From: Caldithrix sp. RBG_13_44_9 | GTDB lineage: Bacteria; Calditrichota; Calditrichia; RBG-13-44-9 | Assembly: GCA_001771055.1 (NCBI GenBank) | Contig: MESS01000079.1 | Location: forward strand, 1 to 60,357 | Direction: 5' to 3' | DNA: 60,357 nucleotides | Shown: positions 49,347-60,357 of the stretch, piece by piece | Layout of the letters: every line of letters starts with the position of its first letter | Position numbering within the stretch: the first letter of the stretch is position 1 | Notes under the pieces: model-generated | The model's input: the letters and a program-made list of their open reading frames with translations, nothing else | Told to the model about the DNA's origin: nothing | The model's database searches: none | Position numbers and translations under genes: made by a program

Positions 49347-49637
49347 CGTACTTCGTGTCCTTCAATATGATTCATTTTTATCTCATGAGGGTGACTCGTC
49401 TTTTCTTAACATTCAGGGAAGACTTCAATCATGATCGTCCAATTTAAACATTTAGAAAAAAATTGAAATTATTTTCGAAATACTCTTTTCCTCCTTAAAG
49501 CCTATTTGCTCTAATCCATTTCAGCTCAGCAAAAAAATAGCAGCGAGATTTTGTCGGAAGGATTCAGATACTCCCTTTTCTTGCACGGTTAAGCGAAAAA
49601 AGGAATTTCTCGCTGAATATTTTGGTCGGTCGTCATC

Positions 49638-50699
49638 TTATTTTATCGATGCCACGGGTAAGGTAAAATGAATGGCTAAACCACCCTGAGGTTCATTTTC
49701 TGCCCAGATTTTGCCTCCATGAGCCTCGGTGATCACTTTGCAGATATACAGGCCCAGCCCATGACCTTTGGGATTTTTCTTATGTGGGAAACGATAATAT
49801 TTTTTGAATAGTTGAGGAAGTTCTTTTTCGGGAATCCCCAGGCCAGTATCCCTTACCGAAATCCGGACAGAGTTCTCGTCAAAGGGCTGCACCTCCAGGA
49901 TAATCGAAGAATGTTCGGGTGAATAGTTAATGGAATTCATGAGGACATTTAGAAGTAGACGTTGAATCTGGAATTCATCTGCCAGCAGGTAGTTTAACTC
50001 CGGTGGAATCTTCTTGGTAATCTTAATATTCTTATTATCGGCTTTTATCCAGACTGTTCGCAGCACCGACTCTGTGACATTGGTCAGGTCAACCGATTGT
50101 TTGTCCAATTTAAAAGCATCCTGGTCAAACATATAAATATCTGATAATTCTTCCAGCAGATCCAGAGTGTCATCTCCCAACTCGATGGACTTCTCCAGGA
50201 TATTGCGGTGACCGGCATCCAGTTTCCCGAAAGTGCCGCTGATCAATAATTCCAGGTAACCGATGAGGCTGTTTAACGGGGAACGAATGTCATGTAATAG
50301 CATGCTGGATAGTTCAAGTTGAAGCTTTTCCCGTCGTAATAACTGGTTGATAAAGGTCAGGATTTTCGGGAAGGAGTTATCCTCCTGTGAAGTTAGATTA
50401 ACCAGGTTTCCGTTGATGTCCATATCTGCCGGAGGAGGAGTACCAAAGTTAAAGATAAAGGATTTTTGGGGAGGAGGATTTAGATTTTTAAAAAATGTCT
50501 GGTAGGGGAAGTGACCTGTTTCATTATCAATCAGGAAAAGATCACTGTTAACAAAAGCCGGAAGTTCTGATTTTTTTTTAAAAAGTACTCGTTCTACCTG
50601 AAAATGATGATCCTTTAAGATCCGCTCAAATTTCCGATAAAAATCCTGATTGCTGGTCAGAATTAAAGCCTGACTGATAATTGGAATCTGATGAATCAA
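49638..50699 (-). CDS. Cytoplasmic histidine kinase with a degenerate receiver-like N-terminal domain
   Basis: H-box 'LLHDIRSPLNSL'. N-box 'LLLNVLMNSINYS'. G-boxes 'RDTGLGIP' and 'GHGLGLYI'. N-terminal 'ALILTSNQDF...LFLIDNE' lacks the acidic pair of true receivers. Confidence 0.8.
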   Translation of the reverse strand: MIHQIPIISQALILTSNQDFYRKFERILKDHHFQVERVLFKKKSELPAFVNSDLFLIDNETGHFPYQTFFKNLNPPPQKSFIFNFGTPPPADMDINGNLVNLTSQEDNSFPKILTFINQLLRREKLQLELSSMLLHDIRSPLNSLIGYLELLISGTFGKLDAGHRNILEKSIELGDDTLDLLEELSDIYMFDQDAFKLDKQSVDLTNVTESVLRTVWIKADNKNIKITKKIPPELNYLLADEFQIQRLLLNVLMNSINYSPEHSSIILEVQPFDENSVRISVRDTGLGIPEKELPQLFKKYYRFPHKKNPKGHGLGLYICKVITEAHGGKIWAENEPQGGLAIHFTLPVASIK

Positions 50700-50702
50700 A
50701 AT

Positions 50703-51485
50703 CTATTTCCCTTTAAAGACTGCTTTGCGTTTTCCTAGAAAAGCTGTGATACCTTCCTTCATGTCATCGGTACCGCAGATGTTACCGAAAAGTTCACTTT
50801 CCAGATTCAGGGCGGTATCAAGATTTTTATCACTACCGTTGGTAACTGCCTGGAGAATATAGCGGAGAGCCACCGGAGGTTTGGCGATCATCAATTCGGC
50901 AATTTCATTGGCCCGGGCCATCAGTTTTTCCGGAGCTACCACTTCATTGATAAGGCCTATCTCCAGTGCTTGTTTAGCGTCAATTGTTTCACCGCTCAAT
51001 AACAGATACAGGGCTTTGGTTACCCCAATCAAGCGGGGAAGGCGCTGGGTACCACCATATCCCGGGATCAGACCGAGATTGATCTCAGGTTGACCAAATT
51101 TGGCATTTTTAGAAGCAATTCGCAGATGGCAGGCCATGGCCAGTTCCAGACCGCCACCCAGGGCAAATCCGTTTATTACTGCGATTACCGGCTTTTCCAT
51201 TTTTTCAATATAGCGAAATACCTTCTGGCCCCGGGATGAAAAAATCCGGCCGGAAATCTCGTCATGATTTTTGATCTCTGCGACATCGGCCCCTGCCACA
51301 AAAGATTTTTCTCCGCTGCCGGTGATAATGATGACCGCCACCTCATCATTTTGTTTCAGTTTTTTAAAGATTTGGAATAGCTCAGTTACGGTTTCGGCAT
51401 TCAGGGCATTTAATTTTTCAGGCCGATTGATGGTGAGCAGGGCGATTGTGTGTTCAATTTTCAAAGCGATGTTTTTGGGATTCAT
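50703..51485 (-). CDS. Enoyl-CoA hydratase/isomerase (crotonase family)
   Basis: 'LTINRPEKLNALN', 'ITGSGEKSFVAGADV', 'VINGFALGGGLELAMACHLRIAS', 'GQPEINLGLIPGYGGTQRLPRL'. Confidence 0.85.
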   Translation of the reverse strand: MNPKNIALKIEHTIALLTINRPEKLNALNAETVTELFQIFKKLKQNDEVAVIIITGSGEKSFVAGADVAEIKNHDEISGRIFSSRGQKVFRYIEKMEKPVIAVINGFALGGGLELAMACHLRIASKNAKFGQPEINLGLIPGYGGTQRLPRLIGVTKALYLLLSGETIDAKQALEIGLINEVVAPEKLMARANEIAELMIAKPPVALRYILQAVTNGSDKNLDTALNLESELFGNICGTDDMKEGITAFLGKRKAVFKGK

Positions 51486-51509
51486 AAAAGTCCTCCTTTA
51501 GAGCAAAAT

Positions 51510-52574
51510 TTAAAACAACTCAACCTGACTTTGGGTACCAAGAATAAAGCGGTGGGTCTTAGGTATCCCCTTGGCTTTAATAATATCCACATTGGATCCT
51601 AAAATGCTGCTTTCAATCCTGATTCCCACATTTTCAATACGGCAGTTTTCCATGACAATACTGAATTCTATTTCACTGTTGATTATTCGCGTCTCATTGT
51701 TGATAGAAGTATAGGGTCCGACATAACTGTTTTCCACCAGCGAGTTTTCTCCAATTATTGCAGGTCCGCGAATATGACTGGATTTTATTTGGGTACCTTT
51801 GCCAATCACTACCTCTCCGGCAATCGTTGAGTTTTTATCAAGCCGGCCTTCTATCCGTCCCTGTTGGTGGGAAAGTACCAGCCGGTTAGCTTCGAGTAAA
51901 TCTTCTGGTTTTCCGGTGTCTTTCCACCAGCCGGTGATTTCGGAAAATGTAACCTTGTAGCCGTGCTGAAGAAGATATTGATGAGCATCAGAAATTTCCA
52001 GTTCACCTCTGGGACTGGGTTTGATGGAATTGACTGCTTCAAATATGGTGGAATCATATAAATATATCCCGGCGACGGCAAAATCACTTTTAGGCTTTGC
52101 GGGTTTTTCTTTTACTCCGATGATCTGGTTTTTTTTAATTTCGGGAACCCCGAATCTGGAGGGATCTTTGACTTTAGAAAGGGTCAAATGGCAATTACTG
52201 TTTTCCGATTCAAATTTTTTAATAAATTTTTGGATACCACCGACTACCATGTTGTCCCCCAGGTAAAAAATAAATGGCTCATTTTTGATAAAATTTTGTG
52301 AGATTTTCACCACATGAGCCAGTCCCAGAGGGGCTTCCTGCGGAATATATTGAATTTTAACTCCCCATTTTTCCCCTTTGCCGATTGCATTTGCGACATC
52401 CTGATTATCTGCATTCACGACGATACCAATCTGTTTGATACCAGCTTCTGCCACCGCTTCGATGGCATAATATAATATGGGCTTATTGGCAATAGGAATC
52501 AGGTGTTTGTTTTGAGTATGGGTTATGGGACGCAACCTGGTACCTCTGCCGCCGCTGGTGATGAGAGCTTTCAA
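51510..52574 (-). CDS. Glucose-1-phosphate thymidylyltransferase-like sugar nucleotidyltransferase, long form with C-terminal left-handed beta-helix
   Basis: 'LITSGGRGTRLRPITHTQNKHLIPIANKPILYY'. C-terminal hexapeptide-like repeats. TTG start. Confidence 0.75.
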   Translation of the reverse strand: MKALITSGGRGTRLRPITHTQNKHLIPIANKPILYYAIEAVAEAGIKQIGIVVNADNQDVANAIGKGEKWGVKIQYIPQEAPLGLAHVVKISQNFIKNEPFIFYLGDNMVVGGIQKFIKKFESENSNCHLTLSKVKDPSRFGVPEIKKNQIIGVKEKPAKPKSDFAVAGIYLYDSTIFEAVNSIKPSPRGELEISDAHQYLLQHGYKVTFSEITGWWKDTGKPEDLLEANRLVLSHQQGRIEGRLDKNSTIAGEVVIGKGTQIKSSHIRGPAIIGENSLVENSYVGPYTSINNETRIINSEIEFSIVMENCRIENVGIRIESSILGSNVDIIKAKGIPKTHRFILGTQSQVELF

Positions 52575-52934
52575 AGATTTCTCCTTAACAAATTAAAATG
52601 TATGAAAATACTTCTTTGTCCGATCAGGCAAATATCACAATTCAGGCAATTTCTTAATGAAATTTAGAAAGTATAATTCCCATTTGAAATAAAAAAATTC
52701 CACGTTTTATTTTTTGCCCACTTTTAGCATAGCAGCCATAACAATGTATATTAAGTGATTTCAACCTTTCAGCCGATGCCATTGTATTTAACCAGAATCG
52801 TTCCACAGATATTAAGTAATTGTTTTTTAATGAAAAATTATCCCAAAATATCCGAATAATTCTAAAAAAATCATAGTACTATCTGCTTCAACCTGGTGAT
52901 AATAGAAATCACTGTAAAAATTTTAATTTTTTAC

Positions 52935-52962
52935 TTGCAAAAACCCATCAACCTTTTATAAT
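52935..52962 (+). promoter_or_regulatory. Candidate sigma-70 promoter of groES-groEL
   Basis: TTGCAA (52935-52940), 16-nt spacer, TATAAT (52957-52962), directly abutting the CIRCE operator. Confidence 0.55.
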
Positions 52963-52963
52963 T

Positions 52964-52990
52964 TTAGCACTCTTAATAATGAAGTGCTAA
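52964..52990 (+). promoter_or_regulatory. CIRCE operator (HrcA binding site)
   Basis: TTAGCACTC-N9-AAGTGCTAA against the consensus TTAGCACTC-N9-GAGTGCTAA, with one mismatch. Lies 58 nt upstream of groES. Confidence 0.85.
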
Positions 52991-53047
52991 AAAAACATAA
53001 TAACTTATTAAATAACAATATAATATAAAACAAATATGGAGGGTATT

Positions 53048-53341
53048 ATGAAGCTCAGACCATTAGCAGATCGAGTGGTGGTAAAACCCGTGGAAGACCA
53101 GGATAAGACTCCTGGCGGGATCATTTTGCCGGATACCGCTAAAGAGAAACCGATGAAAGGTGAAATAATTTCGGTAGGTCCTGGCAGTTTGAACGATAAG
53201 GGCGAACGGGTAAAATTGGATGTGAAAAAAGGTGATGTCGTGATTTACGGGAAATACTCCGGTACCGAATTTAAGCTGGACAATCAGGAATATTTAATTC
53301 TCAGAGAAAGTGACATCTTAGCTGTAATTGAAAAAAAGTAA
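53048..53341 (+). CDS. groES: Co-chaperonin GroES
   Basis: '[14 protein letters not shown]...[22 protein letters not shown]'. The ATG at 53048 follows GGAGGG. The track start at 53036 lies inside the Shine-Dalgarno sequence. Confidence 0.95.
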   Translation: MKLRPLADRVVVKPVEDQDKTPGGIILPDTAKEKPMKGEIISVGPGSLNDKGERVKLDVKKGDVVIYGKYSGTEFKLDNQEYLILRESDILAVIEKK

Positions 53342-53351
53342 GAAAATTTAA

Positions 53352-54995
<1,644 letters not shown>

Positions 54996-55012
54996 TCCTG
55001 AATTATTTTCGC

Positions 55013-55043
55013 AAAAAAAACCCTCGGTTTCCGAGGGTTTTTT
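55013..55043 (+). terminator. Rho-independent terminator of groESL
   Basis: AAAAAAAA-CCCTCGG-TTT-CCGAGGG-TTTTTT, 18 nt after the groEL stop. Confidence 0.8.
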
Positions 55044-55211
55044 GTTTTATACGTGTTAGAAGTGACAATTTAAAATGGATGGGATGTCAGCCCTTTACTT
55101 TCTTGCTATTACTTAAAACTGTGATTCCTATAAATTCAATTAACGAGTGCAGAATATTTTGGTTGTAAGAGACTCTGTTTATTTATAAATTTTCGCTTCA
55201 ATAAGCTGGTT

Positions 55212-56036
55212 GTGACTATGTCAATCAATTCGGATATTAAAAAAATTACTGTCCCCGATATCATTGCCCGGAAAGGCAGTTCCCGGAAAATTTCTGCCCT
55301 CACTGCTTATGATTTTCTTATGGCTGAGATGCTGGATGAAGCCGGAATCGACATTATTCTGGTGGGGGATTCTGCCGGTATGGTAGTCGCCGGATATTCC
55401 ACTACTTTACCGGTGAGTATGGAGGAAATGCTGTATCATACCCGGATCGTGGGCAAAGCCGTAAAGCAGGCCCTGGTGGTGGCGGATATGCCCTTTTTAT
55501 CTTACCAAACCTCACTGGAGCAGGGAATTTTGAATGCCGGAAGATTCCTTAAGGAAGCGGAAGCTCAGGCAGTTAAAATTGAAGGGGGAGAGTGTTACGC
55601 AATGCTGGTGAGGCGATTAGTGGAAACAGGAATTCCGGTGATGGGACATCTGGGTCTATTACCGCAGTCAGTCCACAAATATGGCGGCTATAAGCTGCAA
55701 GGGAAAGAACCGGAAATTGCTGAAAAATTGCTGCGGGATGCCCGGATCTTAGAGGAAAGTGGTGTATTCTCCATTGTATTGGAAAAAATTCCGGTTGATT
55801 TGGCCAGGAAGATTACTCAGGCAGTCAAAGTCCCGACTATTGGTATTGGAGCAGGGCCGGCCTGTGACGGACAAATTCTGGTGAGTCATGATATGTTGGG
55901 AATTTATGATAAATTCAAACCGAAATTTGTCCGGCGTTATGCAGAATTGGGCCGCGAGATGAGAAAAGCTTTCCGCCAGTATATCAAGGATGTTCAGACC
56001 GGTCATTTCCCTGCAGCCGAAGAGTCTTTCGATTAA
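55212..56036 (+). CDS. panB: 3-methyl-2-oxobutanoate hydroxymethyltransferase
   Basis: 'ISALTAYDFLMAEMLDEAGIDIILVGDSAGMV', 'VVADMPFLSY', 'KIEGG', 'VMGHLGLLPQS'. Start is either the GTG at 55212 or the ATG at 55218. Confidence 0.9.
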   Translation: MTMSINSDIKKITVPDIIARKGSSRKISALTAYDFLMAEMLDEAGIDIILVGDSAGMVVAGYSTTLPVSMEEMLYHTRIVGKAVKQALVVADMPFLSYQTSLEQGILNAGRFLKEAEAQAVKIEGGECYAMLVRRLVETGIPVMGHLGLLPQSVHKYGGYKLQGKEPEIAEKLLRDARILEESGVFSIVLEKIPVDLARKITQAVKVPTIGIGAGPACDGQILVSHDMLGIYDKFKPKFVRRYAELGREMRKAFRQYIKDVQTGHFPAAEESFD

Positions 56037-56075
56037 AATAATCAGCTAAAAAATTATTTTGAGCCCAAAGGAAAA

Positions 56076-56930
56076 ATGCGGGTCGTAAAGCAGATCCCCG
56101 AGATGCAAACGCTGTCAAAAGAGTTTCGCAATTCCGGGAAAACCATTGGACTGGTTCCTACTATGGGGTATCTTCATGAGGGTCATATGAGTCTCATGCG
56201 AAATCTCCGGGATCAGTGCCAGGTACGGGTAGTCAGTATTTTTGTTAATCCAACTCAGTTCGGGCCCAATGAGGATCTGGCAAAATATCCCCGTGATTTT
56301 GACCGCGATAAGCAGTTGTGCCGGGAAGAAAAAGTTGATGTTATTTTTTATCCCTCCAGTCAGAAAATGTATCCACCTCATTATCATACCTATATTCAGG
56401 TTGAAAATCTATCGGAAGTGATGTGCGGCCGTTCACGCCCTGGCCATTTCCGGGGAGTAGCTACAGTGGTGGCTAAGCTCTTCAATATTATCAATCCTCA
56501 TATTGCCATCTTCGGGGAAAAGGATTATCAGCAAGTGGTGGTTATCCGGCAAATGGTAAATGATCTGAATTTTGAGGTCCAGATTTTAACGTCCCCGATT
56601 GTCCGGGAAACGGATGGACTGGCGATGAGCTCCCGGAATAAATATCTTACCGCCGCAGAACGAAAGTTCGCTCCGGTTTTATATCAGAGTCTGCTGGAGG
56701 CAGAGAAGATGTGCCAGCGAGGAATTCAGAATCCGGCCGAAATCGTTGAGAAAATGACCGCCTTGCTGAATAAAATTCCGCAATCGAGAATTGACTATAT
56801 TTCACTGGTCCGTCCGGAGACCTTAACTCCGGTTGAAAAAATCCAAGGTCAGGTACTTGTTGCTCTGGCGGTTTATCTGGGTAGTACCCGTTTAATTGAC
56901 AATATAATCATCAAGGGATTGTTAAAGTAA
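56076..56930 (+). CDS. panC: Pantoate-beta-alanine ligase
   Basis: 'GLVPTMGYLHEGHMSLM', 'VSIFVNPTQFGPNEDL', 'FGEKDYQQ', 'DGLAMSSRN'. Confidence 0.9.
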   Translation: MRVVKQIPEMQTLSKEFRNSGKTIGLVPTMGYLHEGHMSLMRNLRDQCQVRVVSIFVNPTQFGPNEDLAKYPRDFDRDKQLCREEKVDVIFYPSSQKMYPPHYHTYIQVENLSEVMCGRSRPGHFRGVATVVAKLFNIINPHIAIFGEKDYQQVVVIRQMVNDLNFEVQILTSPIVRETDGLAMSSRNKYLTAAERKFAPVLYQSLLEAEKMCQRGIQNPAEIVEKMTALLNKIPQSRIDYISLVRPETLTPVEKIQGQVLVALAVYLGSTRLIDNIIIKGLLK

Positions 56931-57093
56931 TTTTTAACTGAACCACTTTTCACCAGCTTCCTGATTCTTAGTCCAGAAAACAGTATGATCAATTTTTGAC
57001 CTTAATCAAGACTTGATACGGCATCAATGAGGTATTTTTATTTCGTTTGTTAAATAGAATTTCATTTGTTGATAATAATTATTAGAGGAAACG

Positions 57094-57828
57094 ATGAGTC
57101 TTGCAACGGTAATCCTGGCCGCTGGTAAAGGGAAGCGCATGAAATCTGATCTGCCGAAAGTTTTGCATCCTTTGCTGGGGCGACCCATGATCCATTATGT
57201 AATTGAAACTGCCCGGGCCATAGGTTCCACAAAAATCATCCTGGTCGTGGGTCATAAAAAAGAGCTGGTGATTGATGCCACCCGGGATGAGAATGTGGAT
57301 TATGCTTTTCAGGAACAGCAGCTGGGGACCGGTCACGCTGTGCTGCAGGCCAGGTCGTTTTTACAGGATGCTGAAAGTGATGTTCTGGTTTTATCGGGTG
57401 ACGTGCCATTGCTTACTCCTGTTACTTTAAGTCAATTGATAAAAATACAGCAGCAGGAACGTCCGCTGGCCTCCCTTTTAACCGCAGAAATGGAGGATCC
57501 CACCGGATATGGAAGGATTGTCAGAAATACTGCTGGCTTTGTTCGCCAGATCGTTGAGCAAAAAGATGCCACGGCTGATATCCTGAAAATTAGGGAGATC
57601 AATGTAGGCATTTACATTTTCCAATGCCGCCTGTTATTCGATACCCTGCCACGGTTGAGCAACAACAACAGTCAGGGAGAATATTATCTGCCGGATGTGA
57701 TAAAAATTTATGTGGATCGGGGAGATAAAGTGGCGGCGATCTTAACTCCCAATGCCGAGGAAACTCACGGTATCAACGATATCACTCAATTAGAGCATGC
57801 CGAAAAAATTCTGAGTAAAAGAAAATAA
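57094..57828 (+). CDS. UDP-GlcNAc pyrophosphorylase-like protein = GlmU N-terminal (uridyltransferase) domain only
   Basis: 'VILAAGKGKRMKSDLPKVLHPLLGRPMI', 'QEQQLGTGHAV', 'LVLSGDVPL', 'NVGIYIF'. The ORF stops at 244 aa, after the linker helix. No left-handed beta-helix coding sequence follows. Confidence 0.7.
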   Translation: MSLATVILAAGKGKRMKSDLPKVLHPLLGRPMIHYVIETARAIGSTKIILVVGHKKELVIDATRDENVDYAFQEQQLGTGHAVLQARSFLQDAESDVLVLSGDVPLLTPVTLSQLIKIQQQERPLASLLTAEMEDPTGYGRIVRNTAGFVRQIVEQKDATADILKIREINVGIYIFQCRLLFDTLPRLSNNNSQGEYYLPDVIKIYVDRGDKVAAILTPNAEETHGINDITQLEHAEKILSKRK

Positions 57829-58030
57829 CAGCCAATCGCAAGAAAGAGCTGACCCCGATTTTCAAGAACTTTACTAATTCCTCGAATTTGTTAAAACACA
57901 TCTGCAGAAGTTTTTCTCTATCCCTTCTATAAAAGATAGCAGCGATTCATATTTTCCCGCCTAAAGCATTGTTTGTCCGTCAAAAATAGAGTATATTTTC
58001 CACTTGTTAATAGAAGTTGAAGGTCAAAAA

Positions 58031-59416
58031 ATGAAAAATGGTGAAGAGACAATTCCGATCGATCAACGGCCGGATTACATATCGCAAATTAATGCCCGTA
58101 CTAAAATTATTGACATTCTGACCAAAGTAGATACCCGACAGGCATATTCTGATAAACTGCTGGAAAAAGAGCTGCTGAATTTGGAGGATGTGGATAAAAG
58201 GTTTATCACTGAAGTGGTGAATGGAGTTCTGCGCTGGCGGCTGCGGCTGGATTGGTATTTGAACCAGCTGTATTTAGGGGAATATGATAATCTACTGGTG
58301 GATGTAAAAAACAACCTGCGGTCATCAGTCTACCAACTGATTTATCTTGATAAAATTCCGGCATATGCAATACTCTATGAAGCAGTAGAAATTGCCAAAG
58401 CCAAGTATAACCAGAAAACCGCCAATCTGGTGAATGCCATCCTGCGGAATTTTTTACGGCAGTATAAAAAGTTTGAATTTCTGGAAACTCAGTTGGATGT
58501 ATTGGATAAACTGTCATTTCGCTATTCTCATCCTAAATGGTTGATTCAGCGCTGGATCGAATACTGGGGAGTTGATGAGGTCCGTTTATTATGTGAGGTC
58601 AATAATCAGCGTCCCCGGCTGGCAGTAAGAATCAATGAATCACTCATCGATCGGGATACATTTTTTCAAACCTTGGATTCTCATAAAATCATTTATGAAG
58701 TTCATGAGGAATTTAAAAACTTTCTCTGGATCGATAATTTTCAGGATTTCCGTAACCTGGAATTGATCAGTAAAGGCTGGGTTTCAGTCCAGGATATCAG
58801 TACTGGTCTGCCGGTGCTCTTGCTGGATCCCCGGCCGGGAGAAATTATTTTAGACATGTGCGCTGCTCCTGGTGGTAAAACCGGATTGATTGCTGAGAAG
58901 ATGAATGGCAGTGGCATTCTGTTAGCACTGGACAGGCAAATTGCCCGGTTAAAAACGCTGAAGGATAATCTGAAAAGAATGCAATATTCCCAGTATCAGG
59001 TGGTAACAGCTGATTCCACCAAAATCCCCAGCCGTCTTATTTTTGATAAGATATTGATAGATGCTCCCTGTTCCGGATTTGGGGTTTTGAGTAAAAGAGT
59101 AGATCTGAAATGGAAACGGACCGAGCAGGATATTATGAATATGAAAAATTTGCAGCTGCATTTGTTGGAGACAGCTGCCTCGGTATTGAAATCTGATGGG
59201 TATATGGTCTACTGTACCTGTACGATTGAACCGGAAGAGAATGAAAAAAACGTACTTCAATTCAGCAAACAACACCCGGAATTTGAACTCCTGAAGCTGC
59301 GGGAGCGGATTCCCGATAAATATATACATGACCAGTATTTTATTCAGACTTTTCCGCATAAACACCGCATGGATGGTTCTTTTGCGGCCTTACTGCGAAA
59401 AAAGTCCGGGAAGTAA
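58031..59416 (+). CDS. rsmB: 16S rRNA (cytosine-C5)-methyltransferase RsmB/Sun (NusB-like N-domain + SAM methyltransferase)
   Basis: 'DMCAAPGGKT', 'ILIDAPCSGFGVL' and 'YCTCTIEPEENE' are RsmB/NOL1/NOP2 motifs. The ATG at 58031 is preferred to the TTG at 58004. Confidence 0.85.
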   Translation: MKNGEETIPIDQRPDYISQINARTKIIDILTKVDTRQAYSDKLLEKELLNLEDVDKRFITEVVNGVLRWRLRLDWYLNQLYLGEYDNLLVDVKNNLRSSVYQLIYLDKIPAYAILYEAVEIAKAKYNQKTANLVNAILRNFLRQYKKFEFLETQLDVLDKLSFRYSHPKWLIQRWIEYWGVDEVRLLCEVNNQRPRLAVRINESLIDRDTFFQTLDSHKIIYEVHEEFKNFLWIDNFQDFRNLELISKGWVSVQDISTGLPVLLLDPRPGEIILDMCAAPGGKTGLIAEKMNGSGILLALDRQIARLKTLKDNLKRMQYSQYQVVTADSTKIPSRLIFDKILIDAPCSGFGVLSKRVDLKWKRTEQDIMNMKNLQLHLLETAASVLKSDGYMVYCTCTIEPEENEKNVLQFSKQHPEFELLKLRERIPDKYIHDQYFIQTFPHKHRMDGSFAALLRKKSGK

Positions 59417-59425
59417 CGTTTTATC

Positions 59426-60357
59426 CTACAGTTTTGTCCCGTAGATCCGGTAGGTTTTGTAAATTTTCCCGCCCATCAATTTTGCCGCTCTGAGCATCAG
59501 ATCATTATCTTCCAGGATCCAGGACATTTCTGCGCTGGGGTATCCTTTTTTGACACCTTTTTCGAACGTTTCCAGATAAAATAATCCACCAATGCCAGCA
59601 TGTTGTAATTCCTGTACCACTCCCAGAGTGATGACCCGCAGGCTGTTTATTTTTTTCTTGGCGGTGAGAAAGGTGATGAAGCCAAAGGGGAATAGCCTTC
59701 CATTGGGAATCTTTTTAAAGACCTGGTTATAATCCGGCAGGGCTAAAGAGAAACCCACCGGCTTATCTTTGATTTCAGCGATGAATACCAGATCGGGATC
59801 GAGTATTTTCTTGAAATCATCCGCGATAAAATCAAACTCTGCCGGGGTCATGGGAACAAATCCCCAGTTCCGGGACCAGGCGTTGTTGTAAACGGTGCGG
59901 ATGCGTTCCAGTTCGGCGTTAAAGTCATTCAAACGCACCGGCCGAATATTGATCCCCAATTTTTCTTTGGTAGCCTGAGAGACTAGTCTGAGTTTATCGC
60001 TCATTATGAAGAGATCCTTATGAATATAAATTGCTACTACATCCTTCACTTTTGGGTAGCCCAATTTCAGCATCAACTCATTGTAATAGGGTGGATTATG
60101 AGTCATCATGAAGTAGGGTGGAGTATCAAATCCATCGATTAAAAATCCGATCTCGTCATTGGTGGAAGGATTCATAGGTCCCATCATAAAATCCTTGCCC
60201 TTTTTCTTCAGCCACTCCCTGGCCTCATTGAGCAGAGCCTGAAACACCTCCGGATCATTGATCCCTTCCAGAAATCCGAAGAACCCGGCATTATCTTTCT
60301 GAAAATCGTTATGATTCTGATTGGTAATGGCCGCAATTCGTCCTACCAGTTCTCCAT
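59426..60357 (-). CDS. GNAT-like acyltransferase-family protein, N-terminus outside the window
   Basis: The reading frame stays open upstream of the track's GTG at 60247, to the window edge; hand translation gives '...GELVGRIAAITNQNHNDFQKDNAGFFGFLEGINDPEV'. C-terminal 'VITLGVVQELQHAGIGGLFY' resembles a GNAT acetyl-CoA motif. Confidence 0.5.
   Translation of the reverse strand, partial: GELVGRIAAITNQNHNDFQKDNAGFFGFLEGINDPEVFQALLNEAREWLKKKGKDFMMGPMNPSTNDEIGFLIDGFDTPPYFMMTHNPPYYNELMLKLGYPKVKDVVAIYIHKDLFIMSDKLRLVSQATKEKLGINIRPVRLNDFNAELERIRTVYNNAWSRNWGFVPMTPAEFDFIADDFKKILDPDLVFIAEIKDKPVGFSLALPDYNQVFKKIPNGRLFPFGFITFLTAKKKINSLRVITLGVVQELQHAGIGGLFYLETFEKGVKKGYPSAEMSWILEDNDLMLRAAKLMGGKIYKTYRIYGTKL

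Overview
This 60.4-kb window is mostly a housekeeping chromosomal region of a diderm, LPS-producing bacterium. GC looks moderate to low by eye, and the intergenic spacers are very AT-rich. I cannot assign taxonomy from the sequence alone. All family calls come from reading motifs in the supplied translations, because no search could be run.

**Content in order:**
- A partial TPR gene.
- A partner-switching pair: a fused RsbW-kinase/HAMP/SpoIIE-phosphatase membrane sensor plus a STAS protein.
- A DUF456 gene, then a DUF4159 / giant coiled-coil membrane protein pair.
- A patatin-POTRA-Omp85 (type Vd-like) outer-membrane lipase and a small secreted beta-sandwich protein.
- An M23 peptidase and a Fur-family regulator.
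- A contiguous KDO/Lpt supercluster: kdsB-pyrG-orf-kdsA-kdsC-kdsD-lptC-lptA-lptB.
- PPi-dependent phosphofructokinase, a lipoprotein zinc peptidase and tag.
- A sigma-54 two-component system (sensor kinase with CxxCH motifs, NtrC-type regulator) coupled to archaemetzincin.
- A convergent four-gene NrfC/NrfD-like cassette flanked by two GcvH-like proteins, preceded by a -24/-12-like promoter.
- Rhomboid, proS, NUDIX, thioesterase, agmatinase, an orphan gene, an M1 peptidase with a TPR-like partner, and sugar-nucleotide genes.
- A P1/DmpA peptidase, two tiny coupled ORFs, yjbQ, an orphan PTS EIIB(Man), a histidine kinase, a crotonase and a long RmlA-like gene.
- CIRCE-groES-groEL, panB, panC, a GlmU N-domain-only gene, rsmB and a partial GNAT-like gene.

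I saw no rRNA, tRNA, CRISPR array, integrase/transposase catalytic gene or recognisable defence system.

**Most interesting candidates:**
1. The catalytic-subunit-less NrfCD-like cassette with two non-lipoylatable GcvH-like proteins, apparently under sigma-54 control.
2. The sigma-factor-less partner-switching pair, in which both proteins end in the same transposase-like HTH module.
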